The translations under genes and the position numbers were made by a program. A stretch of 64,000 nucleotides of DNA from Candidatus Poriferisocius sp. (GTDB lineage: Bacteria > Actinomycetota > Acidimicrobiia > Acidimicrobiales > Bin134). A model generated the notes under the pieces. That model made no database searches and was not told the DNA's origin. It saw only the letters and a program-made list of their open reading frames with translations. Numbering within the stretch: position 1 is the stretch's first letter; every line of letters starts with the position of its first letter. Location of the stretch: positions 567,991 through 631,990 of the forward strand of contig NZ_OZ241965.1 in the NCBI RefSeq assembly GCF_965204015.1. The letters are read 5' to 3'. Shown here one piece after another: positions 18,989 through 27,298 of the stretch.

Positions 18989-20236
18989 TCACCGCGACAC
19001 CGCCTCGGCCACCAAGTCGGGACCGTGGGCATCGATCACTCGCACGGTGTGGAACTGGCCGACGGCCAGATGTTCGGGCACCGAGACGATGCCGTCGATC
19101 TCCGGGGCTTCTCGATAGCTGCGGGCCATGCCGGGGGCGTCCACCAGAACTTCGACCTCCCGGCCGATGAGTTGGTCACGCTTGGCCGCGGTGATCTCGT
19201 CTTGGATCTCGGCTAGCTCCCGACGACGCTCAGCGGCCAATTCCGCAGGCACCTGATCGTCGAGGGTGGTGGCGTAGGTGCCGGCCTCGGCGGAGTAGGT
19301 GAAGAACCCGCACCAGTCCAACCCCACCTGGGCCACAAACTCCAAGAGCGCGTCGTGGTCGGCCTCGGTCTCTCCCGGATAACCCACAATGAAGTTCGAC
19401 CGGAACACCGCTTCGGGCTGACGCTGGCGTATGTCGGCAATCCGAGCAGCGAAGCGATCGCCGTCGCCCCAGCGGCGCATCTTGGCCAGCAATGGCCGGG
19501 ATACGTGCTGCAAAGACAGGTCGAAGTACGGCACACCGGTGGCGCAGATGGCGTCAATCAACGAGTCGGTGAGGTCGGACGGATACAGGTACAACAGGCG
19601 CACCCAGCGGACCCGGCGGCAAAGCGACTCCACCAGCGGAATGATCCCCCGCTCCCCCTGGCCCTGATCGCGACCGTAGGAAGCCAGGTCTTGAGCCACC
19701 AGCACCGCCTCTCGCACCTCGAGCGCCTCAACTTCAGACAAGATGGCCTCGGCCGAACGGGAGCGCTGGGGGCCCCGGAAGCTGGGAATGGCGCAGTACC
19801 CGCAACGCCGATCGCACCCCTCGGCGATCTTCACGTAGGCCCATGGCGCCTCAGCGGGCGGCCGGGGCAGGTTCAACAGGTCGAACTCGGGCAAATCGGT
19901 CGCCGAGGGCTTCGCCCCGATGCTGACCGGCACGCCGAAGCCGGCGACCCGATCGGCTTCGGGCAGGGCCTCGGCCAGCTCAGCGCCGTAGCGCTCCGCC
20001 ATACATCCGGTGACCACCAACTCGGCATCGGCGGCGGTCGAGCGCAGCGCCAAAATCGTTTCCACCGACTCCTGGCGGGCCTCCTCAATGAAGGCACACG
20101 TGTTCACTACCACCAGATCGGCTTGGTCGGGGGCTCCGGCAGAAACCATCCCGTCGCGGACCAAAAGACCCGTGATCTTGTCGGAGTCCACCTGGTTCTT
20201 GGGACACCCCAGCGTCTCAATCCAAAACCGGCGCAC
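18989..20236 (-). CDS. rimO: Ribosomal protein S12 methylthiotransferase
   Basis: TLGCPKNQVDS, NTCAFI, KIAEGCDRRCGYCAIP, VGYPGETE, EAPEIDG. Confidence 0.96.
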   Translation of the reverse strand: MRRFWIETLGCPKNQVDSDKITGLLVRDGMVSAGAPDQADLVVVNTCAFIEEARQESVETILALRSTAADAELVVTGCMAERYGAELAEALPEADRVAGFGVPVSIGAKPSATDLPEFDLLNLPRPPAEAPWAYVKIAEGCDRRCGYCAIPSFRGPQRSRSAEAILSEVEALEVREAVLVAQDLASYGRDQGQGERGIIPLVESLCRRVRWVRLLYLYPSDLTDSLIDAICATGVPYFDLSLQHVSRPLLAKMRRWGDGDRFAARIADIRQRQPEAVFRSNFIVGYPGETEADHDALLEFVAQVGLDWCGFFTYSAEAGTYATTLDDQVPAELAAERRRELAEIQDEITAAKRDQLIGREVEVLVDAPGMARSYREAPEIDGIVSVPEHLAVGQFHTVRVIDAHGPDLVAEAVSR

Positions 20237-20246
20237 CGTACCGAGA

Positions 20247-21290
20247 TTAGGTGGAATCGAGGCCAGAACCACCAGCGCCAGCCGCCTGCTCCACCACCAC
20301 CGCGGGCGCAGGATCCAAAGCCTCCTCCTCATGGTCGGAGATCAGAAACGGCAGCGACACCAGATACACGGCCAGCAACAGAGCGCCCTCCCACCACCGC
20401 TCCAAGCCGTCTCCCCGGAACATGAACAGCCAGGCGGCAACGGAGATGCCCATCATGATCCACACCGCCAACCCCGACAGGTTCCCGTCGACCAGCGGCC
20501 CGGGCCCCACCAGCGCCACCACGGCGCTCACCAGCAGGCTGTTGAACGTGTTGGATCCCAAGATGTTGCCCACTAGCAGGTCGGCCTCTCCCCGGCGGGC
20601 CGCCTGCACTCCGGTGATCAGCTCGGGCAGCGAGGTGCCGAACGCCACCAGCGAAAGCCCCACGAATCCCGAGCCCAGGCCCACCTCTTGGGCGATGTCC
20701 ACCGCACCGGTCACCGCCAGCTGGGCACCGACCACGGTGGCGGCCAGCCCCAGCACGGTGCGGACCAGCTCGGCGGGCTGGCTGATCGGCTTGTCGGTAT
20801 GGACGATGTCGGCGGCGCTGCCGTCGTAGGCCGGCCGCCACAAGATGGCGGTCATGGCCACCACGAAGGCCACCAGCAAAACGACGCCCTCCCAGCGCTC
20901 CAAACCATCCTGCACTAGCACCCAGAACAACCCCGCGGCGGCCACCGACACCACGCCCTCCCGCCACAGCGTGCTGTTGGCCACCCGGATGTAGCGGCCC
21001 CCCACGGCCACCGCCGCCACCAGGGCGGAGAAGCCCAGCACCAAGCTCAAGTTGGCCACGTTGGAGCCGACGATGTTGCCCACCCCCAAATCGACGTTGC
21101 CGTCGGCGGCGGCCAGGCCCGACACCAGCATCTCGGGAGCGCTGGTGCCGAAGCCTATGACCAGCGCCCCGATCACGATCGGCGAGATTCCCCGGGCGAA
21201 GGCCAGCCGGGATGCCCCGATCACCAGTTGGTCGGCACCCACCGCCAACACAAGTAAGCCTCCAGCCAGGAGCACCGCTGCTAACGCCAC
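20247..21290 (-). CDS. Ca2+/Na+ antiporter (CaCA, YrbG-like)
   Basis: Two alpha repeats GTSAPE..GNIVGSN and GTSLPE..GNILGSN; multiple TM segments. Confidence 0.93.
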   Translation of the reverse strand: MALAAVLLAGGLLVLAVGADQLVIGASRLAFARGISPIVIGALVIGFGTSAPEMLVSGLAAADGNVDLGVGNIVGSNVANLSLVLGFSALVAAVAVGGRYIRVANSTLWREGVVSVAAAGLFWVLVQDGLERWEGVVLLVAFVVAMTAILWRPAYDGSAADIVHTDKPISQPAELVRTVLGLAATVVGAQLAVTGAVDIAQEVGLGSGFVGLSLVAFGTSLPELITGVQAARRGEADLLVGNILGSNTFNSLLVSAVVALVGPGPLVDGNLSGLAVWIMMGISVAAWLFMFRGDGLERWWEGALLLAVYLVSLPFLISDHEEEALDPAPAVVVEQAAGAGGSGLDST

Positions 21291-21320
21291 AGGAGGAGAC
21301 TACCGACGCTCAGTCAGAAT

Positions 21321-23783
21321 TCATGAAGGGAGTTCTTCGGGGGCCATCAACACCTCACGGGCCTTGGACCCCTCAGATGGCCCCACCACGCCCCGCTGCT
21401 CCATCAGATCCATCAGCCGCCCGGCACGGGCGAATCCCACCCGGAGCTTGCGCTGAAGCATCGACGTGGAGCCGAGCTGGCTCTCCACCACCAGCCTCAT
21501 GGCCTGCACCAAGAGCTCGTCATCATCGTCGCCGCCACCGGCCGCGGCCGCCGACGGGGCGGGAGCCAGTGGATCGTCGTCGCCGTCTCCCCCGTCAGAG
21601 GTCACCTGTGTCGGCGTGCTGCTGTTTCCCATGGCGGCGGCCTGACGCCGCCAGGCGGCCACCACGCTGCGGACCTCGGCCTCGGTCACCCATGCGCCCT
21701 GGATGCGCTGGGCTGAGGTGGAAGTGGGGCTGAGCAGCAGCATGTCGCCCCGACCCACCAGGCGCTCCGCCCCCTGCTGGTCGAGGATCACCCGGCTGTC
21801 GGTTTGGCTGGACACCGAGAAGGCCAGCCGGGCCGGTATGTTTGCCTTGATCACACCGGTGATCACGTTGATGGACGGCCTCTGGGTGGCGATCACCAGG
21901 TGGATTCCCACCGCCCGGGCCTTCTGGGCGATCCGGCAGATGGAATCCTCCACGTCGCGGGGAGCCACCATCATCAGATCGGACAACTCGTCCACCACCA
22001 CCAGGATGAGCGGCATCCGCTCCTTGGGCTCGGAGTCGTCGATCCCCAGTCGGCGGTCATTTTCGAAGACTCCCTGATCGCAGGCCTCGTTGTAGCCGTC
22101 GATATCGCGGACGCCCACCGAGGCCAGCACTTCATAGCGGCGGTCCATTTCCCGGCACGCCCAGGCCAAAGCGTTGGCCGCTTTCTTGGGATCGGTGACC
22201 GGCTGGGTGAGCAGATGGGGCACATGCTCGTACTGGGCCATCTCCACCATCTTGGGGTCGACCAGGATCATGCGCACCTGGTCGGGGGTGGAGCGCATGA
22301 GCACTGAGGTGATCATCGAGTTGATGCACGACGACTTGCCCGCCCCGGTGGCCCCGGCGATGAGGATGTGGGGCATTCGAGACAGGTCCATCATCACCGG
22401 CTTGGCGTTGATGTCCCTCCCGATGGCTACCTCCAGGGGATGGGTGGCCTTGCCGGCTTCGGCCGACGCCAGAATCCCGCCCAGCGATACCACTTGGCGG
22501 TCGCGGTTGGGCACCTCCACGCCGATGGCCTGACGCCCGGGGATAGGGGCCAGAATGCGGACATCAGGCGAGGCCATGGCATAGGCGATGTCCTTGCTGA
22601 GGCTGGTGATCCGGCTGACCTTGACCCCCGCGGCCAACTCCAGCTCATAGCGGGTCACGGTGGGGCCTATGACCATTCCCACCAGCTTGGTGTCCACATC
22701 GTGGGCCGCCAGGGCCTGCTCTAGGGCGGCGCCCTTGCGTGATGCCTCCTCCTGGTTGATCTGCCGGGGGTCAGACCCGGTGAGAAGATCGAGCGAGGGG
22801 AGCTTCCATTTCGACGACTTGGGCTTCGATGACCGGGATTTCTTGCCGGAGACGACAGTCGGTGCCTGCCAATCGGGCTCGGAATCCGAAGACGATGGCT
22901 CGGGCGCTGGCTCGGGCGCCGGCGGCGATGGTGGGGCGCTTGACGCCGGCTCGGGTTCGGGGAGCGGGGCGGGGATCACCACTACATCGGCGGCGGACAG
23001 CTCCGACTTTTCAGGACCCGGGACCTGCTCTGCAGGCGGATTCGGCGTTGGTGCATTGGCAGTGAACGAGCAGATAATCCGGCTCAGCGCGGCTTTGACT
23101 TTGGCGCCGTCCACCTTGCGGGCCCAAGCCCGCAATGACACCCGAGTGAGCACCACCGCGCCCAGCAGTCCGAATGCACCCATCACCAAGCTGGCGCCCC
23201 ACCCGCCCATGGCGGCAGTCAGAGGGCCCCCTATAGCGAGGCCCAGCGCCCCGCCCGCGCCCGACAAATCGTCAAAGTCGGCGATGCCGGGGCGGCCCAG
23301 CGTTATGTGCAACAGGCTGGTGATCGAAAGCAACAGCAATGCGGTGCCGATCCCCAAGCGCACGGCCAGCACCAGCTCAGACCGGGCCGGATTGCTCTCC
23401 GCATCGAAGACCGCGCCGTCTTGAGCGCCTTCGTCGGGGGCATTTCCCGGCCGGGGGCCCCGCAGCAGCATGACCCCGATCCCCACCAGCGCGATGGGCG
23501 CCACTGCCCGCACCGAGCCGATCAGCGCTCCGGCGGCAATTCGCAGCCCCGCGCCGAACGGGCCGGCCACATCCGCCCAGATACCGCAGGCAGCCACCAG
23601 TCCGGCGAGAATGAAGCCCACCGCGATGATGTCGCCGCGGTGGGTGGCCCAGACCGCGGCCGACGCCTGCCTCAGCTTGCTGTCAGACTTGGACTCGGCC
23701 TTGGAACGAGCAGCGGTCTTGGCCTTGGCACCGGTCTTCGCGCTGGGCTTGGAAACGGGTTTACGAGCGGTTCGAGCAGCCAC
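21321..23783 (-). CDS. ftsK: DNA translocase FtsK
   Basis: 4 N-terminal TM, AGATGAGKS, VVDELSDLM, ATQRPS, gamma domain STSMLQRKLRVGFARAGRL; start uncertain (23783-23822). Confidence 0.97.
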   Translation of the reverse strand: MAARTARKPVSKPSAKTGAKAKTAARSKAESKSDSKLRQASAAVWATHRGDIIAVGFILAGLVAACGIWADVAGPFGAGLRIAAGALIGSVRAVAPIALVGIGVMLLRGPRPGNAPDEGAQDGAVFDAESNPARSELVLAVRLGIGTALLLLSITSLLHITLGRPGIADFDDLSGAGGALGLAIGGPLTAAMGGWGASLVMGAFGLLGAVVLTRVSLRAWARKVDGAKVKAALSRIICSFTANAPTPNPPAEQVPGPEKSELSAADVVVIPAPLPEPEPASSAPPSPPAPEPAPEPSSSDSEPDWQAPTVVSGKKSRSSKPKSSKWKLPSLDLLTGSDPRQINQEEASRKGAALEQALAAHDVDTKLVGMVIGPTVTRYELELAAGVKVSRITSLSKDIAYAMASPDVRILAPIPGRQAIGVEVPNRDRQVVSLGGILASAEAGKATHPLEVAIGRDINAKPVMMDLSRMPHILIAGATGAGKSSCINSMITSVLMRSTPDQVRMILVDPKMVEMAQYEHVPHLLTQPVTDPKKAANALAWACREMDRRYEVLASVGVRDIDGYNEACDQGVFENDRRLGIDDSEPKERMPLILVVVDELSDLMMVAPRDVEDSICRIAQKARAVGIHLVIATQRPSINVITGVIKANIPARLAFSVSSQTDSRVILDQQGAERLVGRGDMLLLSPTSTSAQRIQGAWVTEAEVRSVVAAWRRQAAAMGNSSTPTQVTSDGGDGDDDPLAPAPSAAAAGGGDDDDELLVQAMRLVVESQLGSTSMLQRKLRVGFARAGRLMDLMEQRGVVGPSEGSKAREVLMAPEELPS

Positions 23784-23857
23784 AACAACCACAAACGTAC
23801 CACTGGCAACACCAGCAACCAACGGTTTGCCCCAAGAGAATCGGCAGGGCGCGGCGC

Positions 23858-25516
23858 TTATACCTCGATGATGATGGGGACGATCATTGGGCGGCGGCCG
23901 GTGTTGTGGTTGACGAACTGGCCTGCGGCCCGCCGCACCGCCCGCTCCAGCCCATCGGTTTCCCCGGAGGCCAAGTGGCCTTCCACCACAGCGGCCACTT
24001 CTTCAGAGCCGGCCAGCTCGAGATCCTCGACTTTGTCGGCCCCGACCCAACCCTTGCTCTCCAAGCGGGGACGAGCCAGCAAACGGCCCTTGGCGCGGCT
24101 CAATACCACCACCACATTCACCACTCCTTGGCCGCCGAGGATGGACCGCTCGCGAAACAGTTCCTGCCCGCTCTCGATCAGCCGCCCGTTCACGTAGTAG
24201 TAGTCGCCGGAGGTGACCTGCCCTCGGTTGACCAGTCCGTGGTCGCTCAACTCCACCTGTTGGCCGTCGCGGGCCAACACCACCCGATCGGGGGGCATGC
24301 CCATCCCGGTGGCCAGCGCGGCGTGGGCCGCGAGGTGGCGGCTCTCACCGTGGACCGGCACGAAGTACTCGGGGTCGGCCACGGTGTGCAGAGTGCGCAG
24401 TTCGTCCTGCTTGCCGTGGCCGGTGGTATGGACATCCAGTTGGCCGCTGTGGACCACATCTGCCCCCCGGCGCACCAGATTGTTGATCATGCGGGCCACC
24501 CGGGCCTCATTGCCGGGTATCGGACTGGAGCTCAGCACCACAGTGTCTTCGGGGCCGATGTTGATCCAGCGGCTGTCGCCGGTGGCGGCCATAGCCAGGG
24601 CCGAGCGGGTTTCCCCCTGAGAGCCGGTGGCCACCACGCACACCTGCCCAGGTGGAAAACGCTCGCACTCGGACACGTCGATCACCGAGTGGTCGGGCAG
24701 CCGAAGCAGGCCCAGCTCCCGGGCCAGGGCGAAGTTGCGCTTCATGGACAGCCCTAGCGTGGCCACCTTGCGCCCCGAGTCCACCGCGGCGTCCGCCACC
24801 TGCTGTACCCGGTGGATGTGGCTGGCGAACGCGGCCACTACCAGTCGTCGATCGGGATGGGCGGCGAATACTCCTCGCAGCACCTCTCCAACCTCGGTCT
24901 CCGACCGGGAGCTGCCGGGTATCTCCGAGTTGGTGGAGTCGCACAGCAGCAGCCGCACCCCCTCGTCGTGGGCGATGGACCCGATGCGGGCCAGATCGGT
25001 GCGCCGACCGTCAACCGGGTTCAGGTCCAGCTTGAAGTCGCTGGAATGCAGGATCACCCCCTGAGGAGTTCGGATGGCGGAGATGAGCCCGGAGGGAACC
25101 GAGTGGGTGACCGGTATGAACTCGCAGTCGAACGATCCGATGCGATGGCGATCGTGGTCGCCGATAGGGATGAGGGACGTACGGTCGATCGCATCCCGCT
25201 CCTCGAGGCGGTGGCGGATCAACCCCAAGGTGAACGGCGAGGCGTATACCGGAAACGACAGCCAGTCCAGCGCATGAGACAGCGCGCCGATGTGGTCCTC
25301 GTGACCGTGGGTGCAGATACAGCCCACAATGCGATCAGCCCGGTCGCGCAAATACTCCAAGTCGGGCAGCACGAAATCGGCGCCGGGCATGTCCTCGTCG
25401 GGGAACAGCACCCCGCAGTCCAACAGAAGCACCTCGCCACCGCATTCAATGGCCGCGCAGTTTCTCCCGATGTCGCCCAGCCCGCCTAGAAAGGTGATCT
25501 GAACCGATTCAGGCAT
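23858..25516 (-). CDS. rnj: Ribonuclease J
   Basis: GGLGDIGRN, THGHEDHIG, DFKLD, DSTN, FASHIHR, HTTGH, PVHGE. Confidence 0.96.
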   Translation of the reverse strand: MPESVQITFLGGLGDIGRNCAAIECGGEVLLLDCGVLFPDEDMPGADFVLPDLEYLRDRADRIVGCICTHGHEDHIGALSHALDWLSFPVYASPFTLGLIRHRLEERDAIDRTSLIPIGDHDRHRIGSFDCEFIPVTHSVPSGLISAIRTPQGVILHSSDFKLDLNPVDGRRTDLARIGSIAHDEGVRLLLCDSTNSEIPGSSRSETEVGEVLRGVFAAHPDRRLVVAAFASHIHRVQQVADAAVDSGRKVATLGLSMKRNFALARELGLLRLPDHSVIDVSECERFPPGQVCVVATGSQGETRSALAMAATGDSRWINIGPEDTVVLSSSPIPGNEARVARMINNLVRRGADVVHSGQLDVHTTGHGKQDELRTLHTVADPEYFVPVHGESRHLAAHAALATGMGMPPDRVVLARDGQQVELSDHGLVNRGQVTSGDYYYVNGRLIESGQELFRERSILGGQGVVNVVVVLSRAKGRLLARPRLESKGWVGADKVEDLELAGSEEVAAVVEGHLASGETDGLERAVRRAAGQFVNHNTGRRPMIVPIIIEV

Positions 25517-26402
25517 GGGCTCCCAGTCGGGTGCCGGCCAACACGCTGGCCGCGGCCTCGGCCAGGTCGTCGGGCTCGACGTCCAGGGGCGGTCGGCACC
25601 GCCCGACGGACAGCCCGATGAGTCGCATCATGGCCTTGGCGGGAATGGGATTGGGCGCAGCCAGCCCGGTCTCAAAGTCATACGACGGGATGAGGCCGGC
25701 ATTTATCCGACGGGCCGCCGCGATGTCGCCGGCCTCAAAGGCCGCAATCATCTCGGCGTGCTCGGCACCGCTCCAGTGGGCGGCCACGCTGATGAACCCC
25801 ACCGCACCGACAGCCAGCAACGCCAGGTTGAGGCTGTCATCGCCGCTGTACACCTCGAAGCCGTCTGGAGCTTGGGCGATGAGCTTGGCCGTCTCGGCCG
25901 GATCGCCGGCCGCATCCTTGAGGCCGACCACGTTGTCCACCCCATGGGCGAGATCCAGCAGCGTCGCGGTGTCTACCTTGCGCCCGGTGCGAACAGGAAT
26001 GTCGTAGATGACCACCGGAAGGCTGGTGGCCGCGGCCACTGTCTGGAAGTGGCGGGCCAGACCGGCTTGAGAGGGTCGGTTGTAATACGGAGCCACCAGC
26101 AAAACGCCGTCGGCCCCAGCCTCGGTGGCCCGCTCGGTCAGCTCAACCGCCGCGGCCGTGTCGTTGCTGCCGGTCCCGGCCACCACAGGGACATCCACGG
26201 CCGAGGCGACGGCGGCGATGAGATCGATCTGCTCGTCGTGGGTAAGCGTCGGCGCCTCGCCGGTGGTTCCCGCCACAACGAGGCCGTCGTTTCCGTTATC
26301 GGCCAGCCACCGGGCCAACTGGGCGGCCGCGTCCAAGTCGAGCGAGCCATCATCGCCAAATGGAGTGACCATGGCGGTCAACACCCTGCCGAATTGAGCC
26401 AT
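25509..26402 (-). CDS. dapA: 4-hydroxy-tetrahydrodipicolinate synthase
   Basis: TAMVTPF, GTTGE, APYYNRP, YDIPVRTG, GLKDA, YSGDD. Confidence 0.96.
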   Translation of the reverse strand: MAQFGRVLTAMVTPFGDDGSLDLDAAAQLARWLADNGNDGLVVAGTTGEAPTLTHDEQIDLIAAVASAVDVPVVAGTGSNDTAAAVELTERATEAGADGVLLVAPYYNRPSQAGLARHFQTVAAATSLPVVIYDIPVRTGRKVDTATLLDLAHGVDNVVGLKDAAGDPAETAKLIAQAPDGFEVYSGDDSLNLALLAVGAVGFISVAAHWSGAEHAEMIAAFEAGDIAAARRINAGLIPSYDFETGLAAPNPIPAKAMMRLIGLSVGRCRPPLDVEPDDLAEAAASVLAGTRLGAHA

Positions 26403-26411
26403 GGACCCTCC

Positions 26412-27056
26412 TTACGCTTCGGCGGCCATCTCGGCCGCCCGGTCGATGCCCAGAGTCGCCAGGAGATCCTCGTGCAACTCGAACCACACCTCATGGTAGG
26501 AATCCAAAGACGGCTTCGTAAACCAGTCGAGGTCGCCGCCCACCACCCGATTCAGGGCGTTGTCGAGCCGCCCGCCGTAGTGGCCGAAGCGGTCTAAAAC
26601 CTCGGACAGCTGAGCGACGACGGGCTGGACACGCCGATTGATCTCGGCCAGGCGGCCTATGACTTCGTTGTCGTAGTCCGGGTCGGAGTGGTCGTTCAGC
26701 GTCTGGTCACCCCGCACCTGGAAGTCGGTGCAGGCCGTCTTCAACTCGGGATCCAAGACCAGAAACGAGCGGTACAACCCATGAATCTGGGACCGCGCCC
26801 CGGATGCCTCCACCTCCGCGGCTACCAGCCGCTCGCCCTCGACCCGGCCCGCGCCCAGCAGCATCCACCCCTTGGCCCGGCTGCCGTCCCGATAGCGCAC
26901 CCACCCCTGCTCGGCCAGCTGTTGCAGCGCCGCGCCCGCCTGCTCAGTCGACACCCCCGCAGCCTGGGCAATTGCCCCCTCATCGGCCATGCCCTTGGTC
27001 CGCAGAGCATGCAGCGCCCGCATCACCAGATCATCTGCCCCCGGCAAACGGCTCAC
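26412..27056 (-). CDS. Putative winged-helix (MarR-like) transcriptional regulator of uncharacterised actinobacterial family
   Basis: N-terminal wHTH-like segment; C-terminal SYHEVWFELHEDLLATLG; TAGGGT 6 nt before GTG. Confidence 0.72.
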   Translation of the reverse strand: MSRLPGADDLVMRALHALRTKGMADEGAIAQAAGVSTEQAGAALQQLAEQGWVRYRDGSRAKGWMLLGAGRVEGERLVAAEVEASGARSQIHGLYRSFLVLDPELKTACTDFQVRGDQTLNDHSDPDYDNEVIGRLAEINRRVQPVVAQLSEVLDRFGHYGGRLDNALNRVVGGDLDWFTKPSLDSYHEVWFELHEDLLATLGIDRAAEMAAEA

Positions 27057-27298
27057 TAGCCCACCCTACTCCAGCCCCCCTCCACAGCTATCCCCATATT
27101 CCACCAGCGAGCCGCTCTCCCCCGCCGTTGACACCCCAATAGGCATTTTCGAGCCGGCTGGCGGGTCGGTAGCGTGGTGAAGATGACGGCGGGGGTCCCA
27201 CAGGTGTCCAGGCAGGAATCGGGGCCTGATGCCGCGGCGAATATGTCGGCGGGGCTCCCAAGCTGGGCCGACAATTGACCGGGCCGGCGCGGGGCGTG

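Noticed and set aside
27128-27133. TTGACA as -35 for the RCC1 gene
   Set aside because: No plausible -10 hexamer at 16-18 nt spacing
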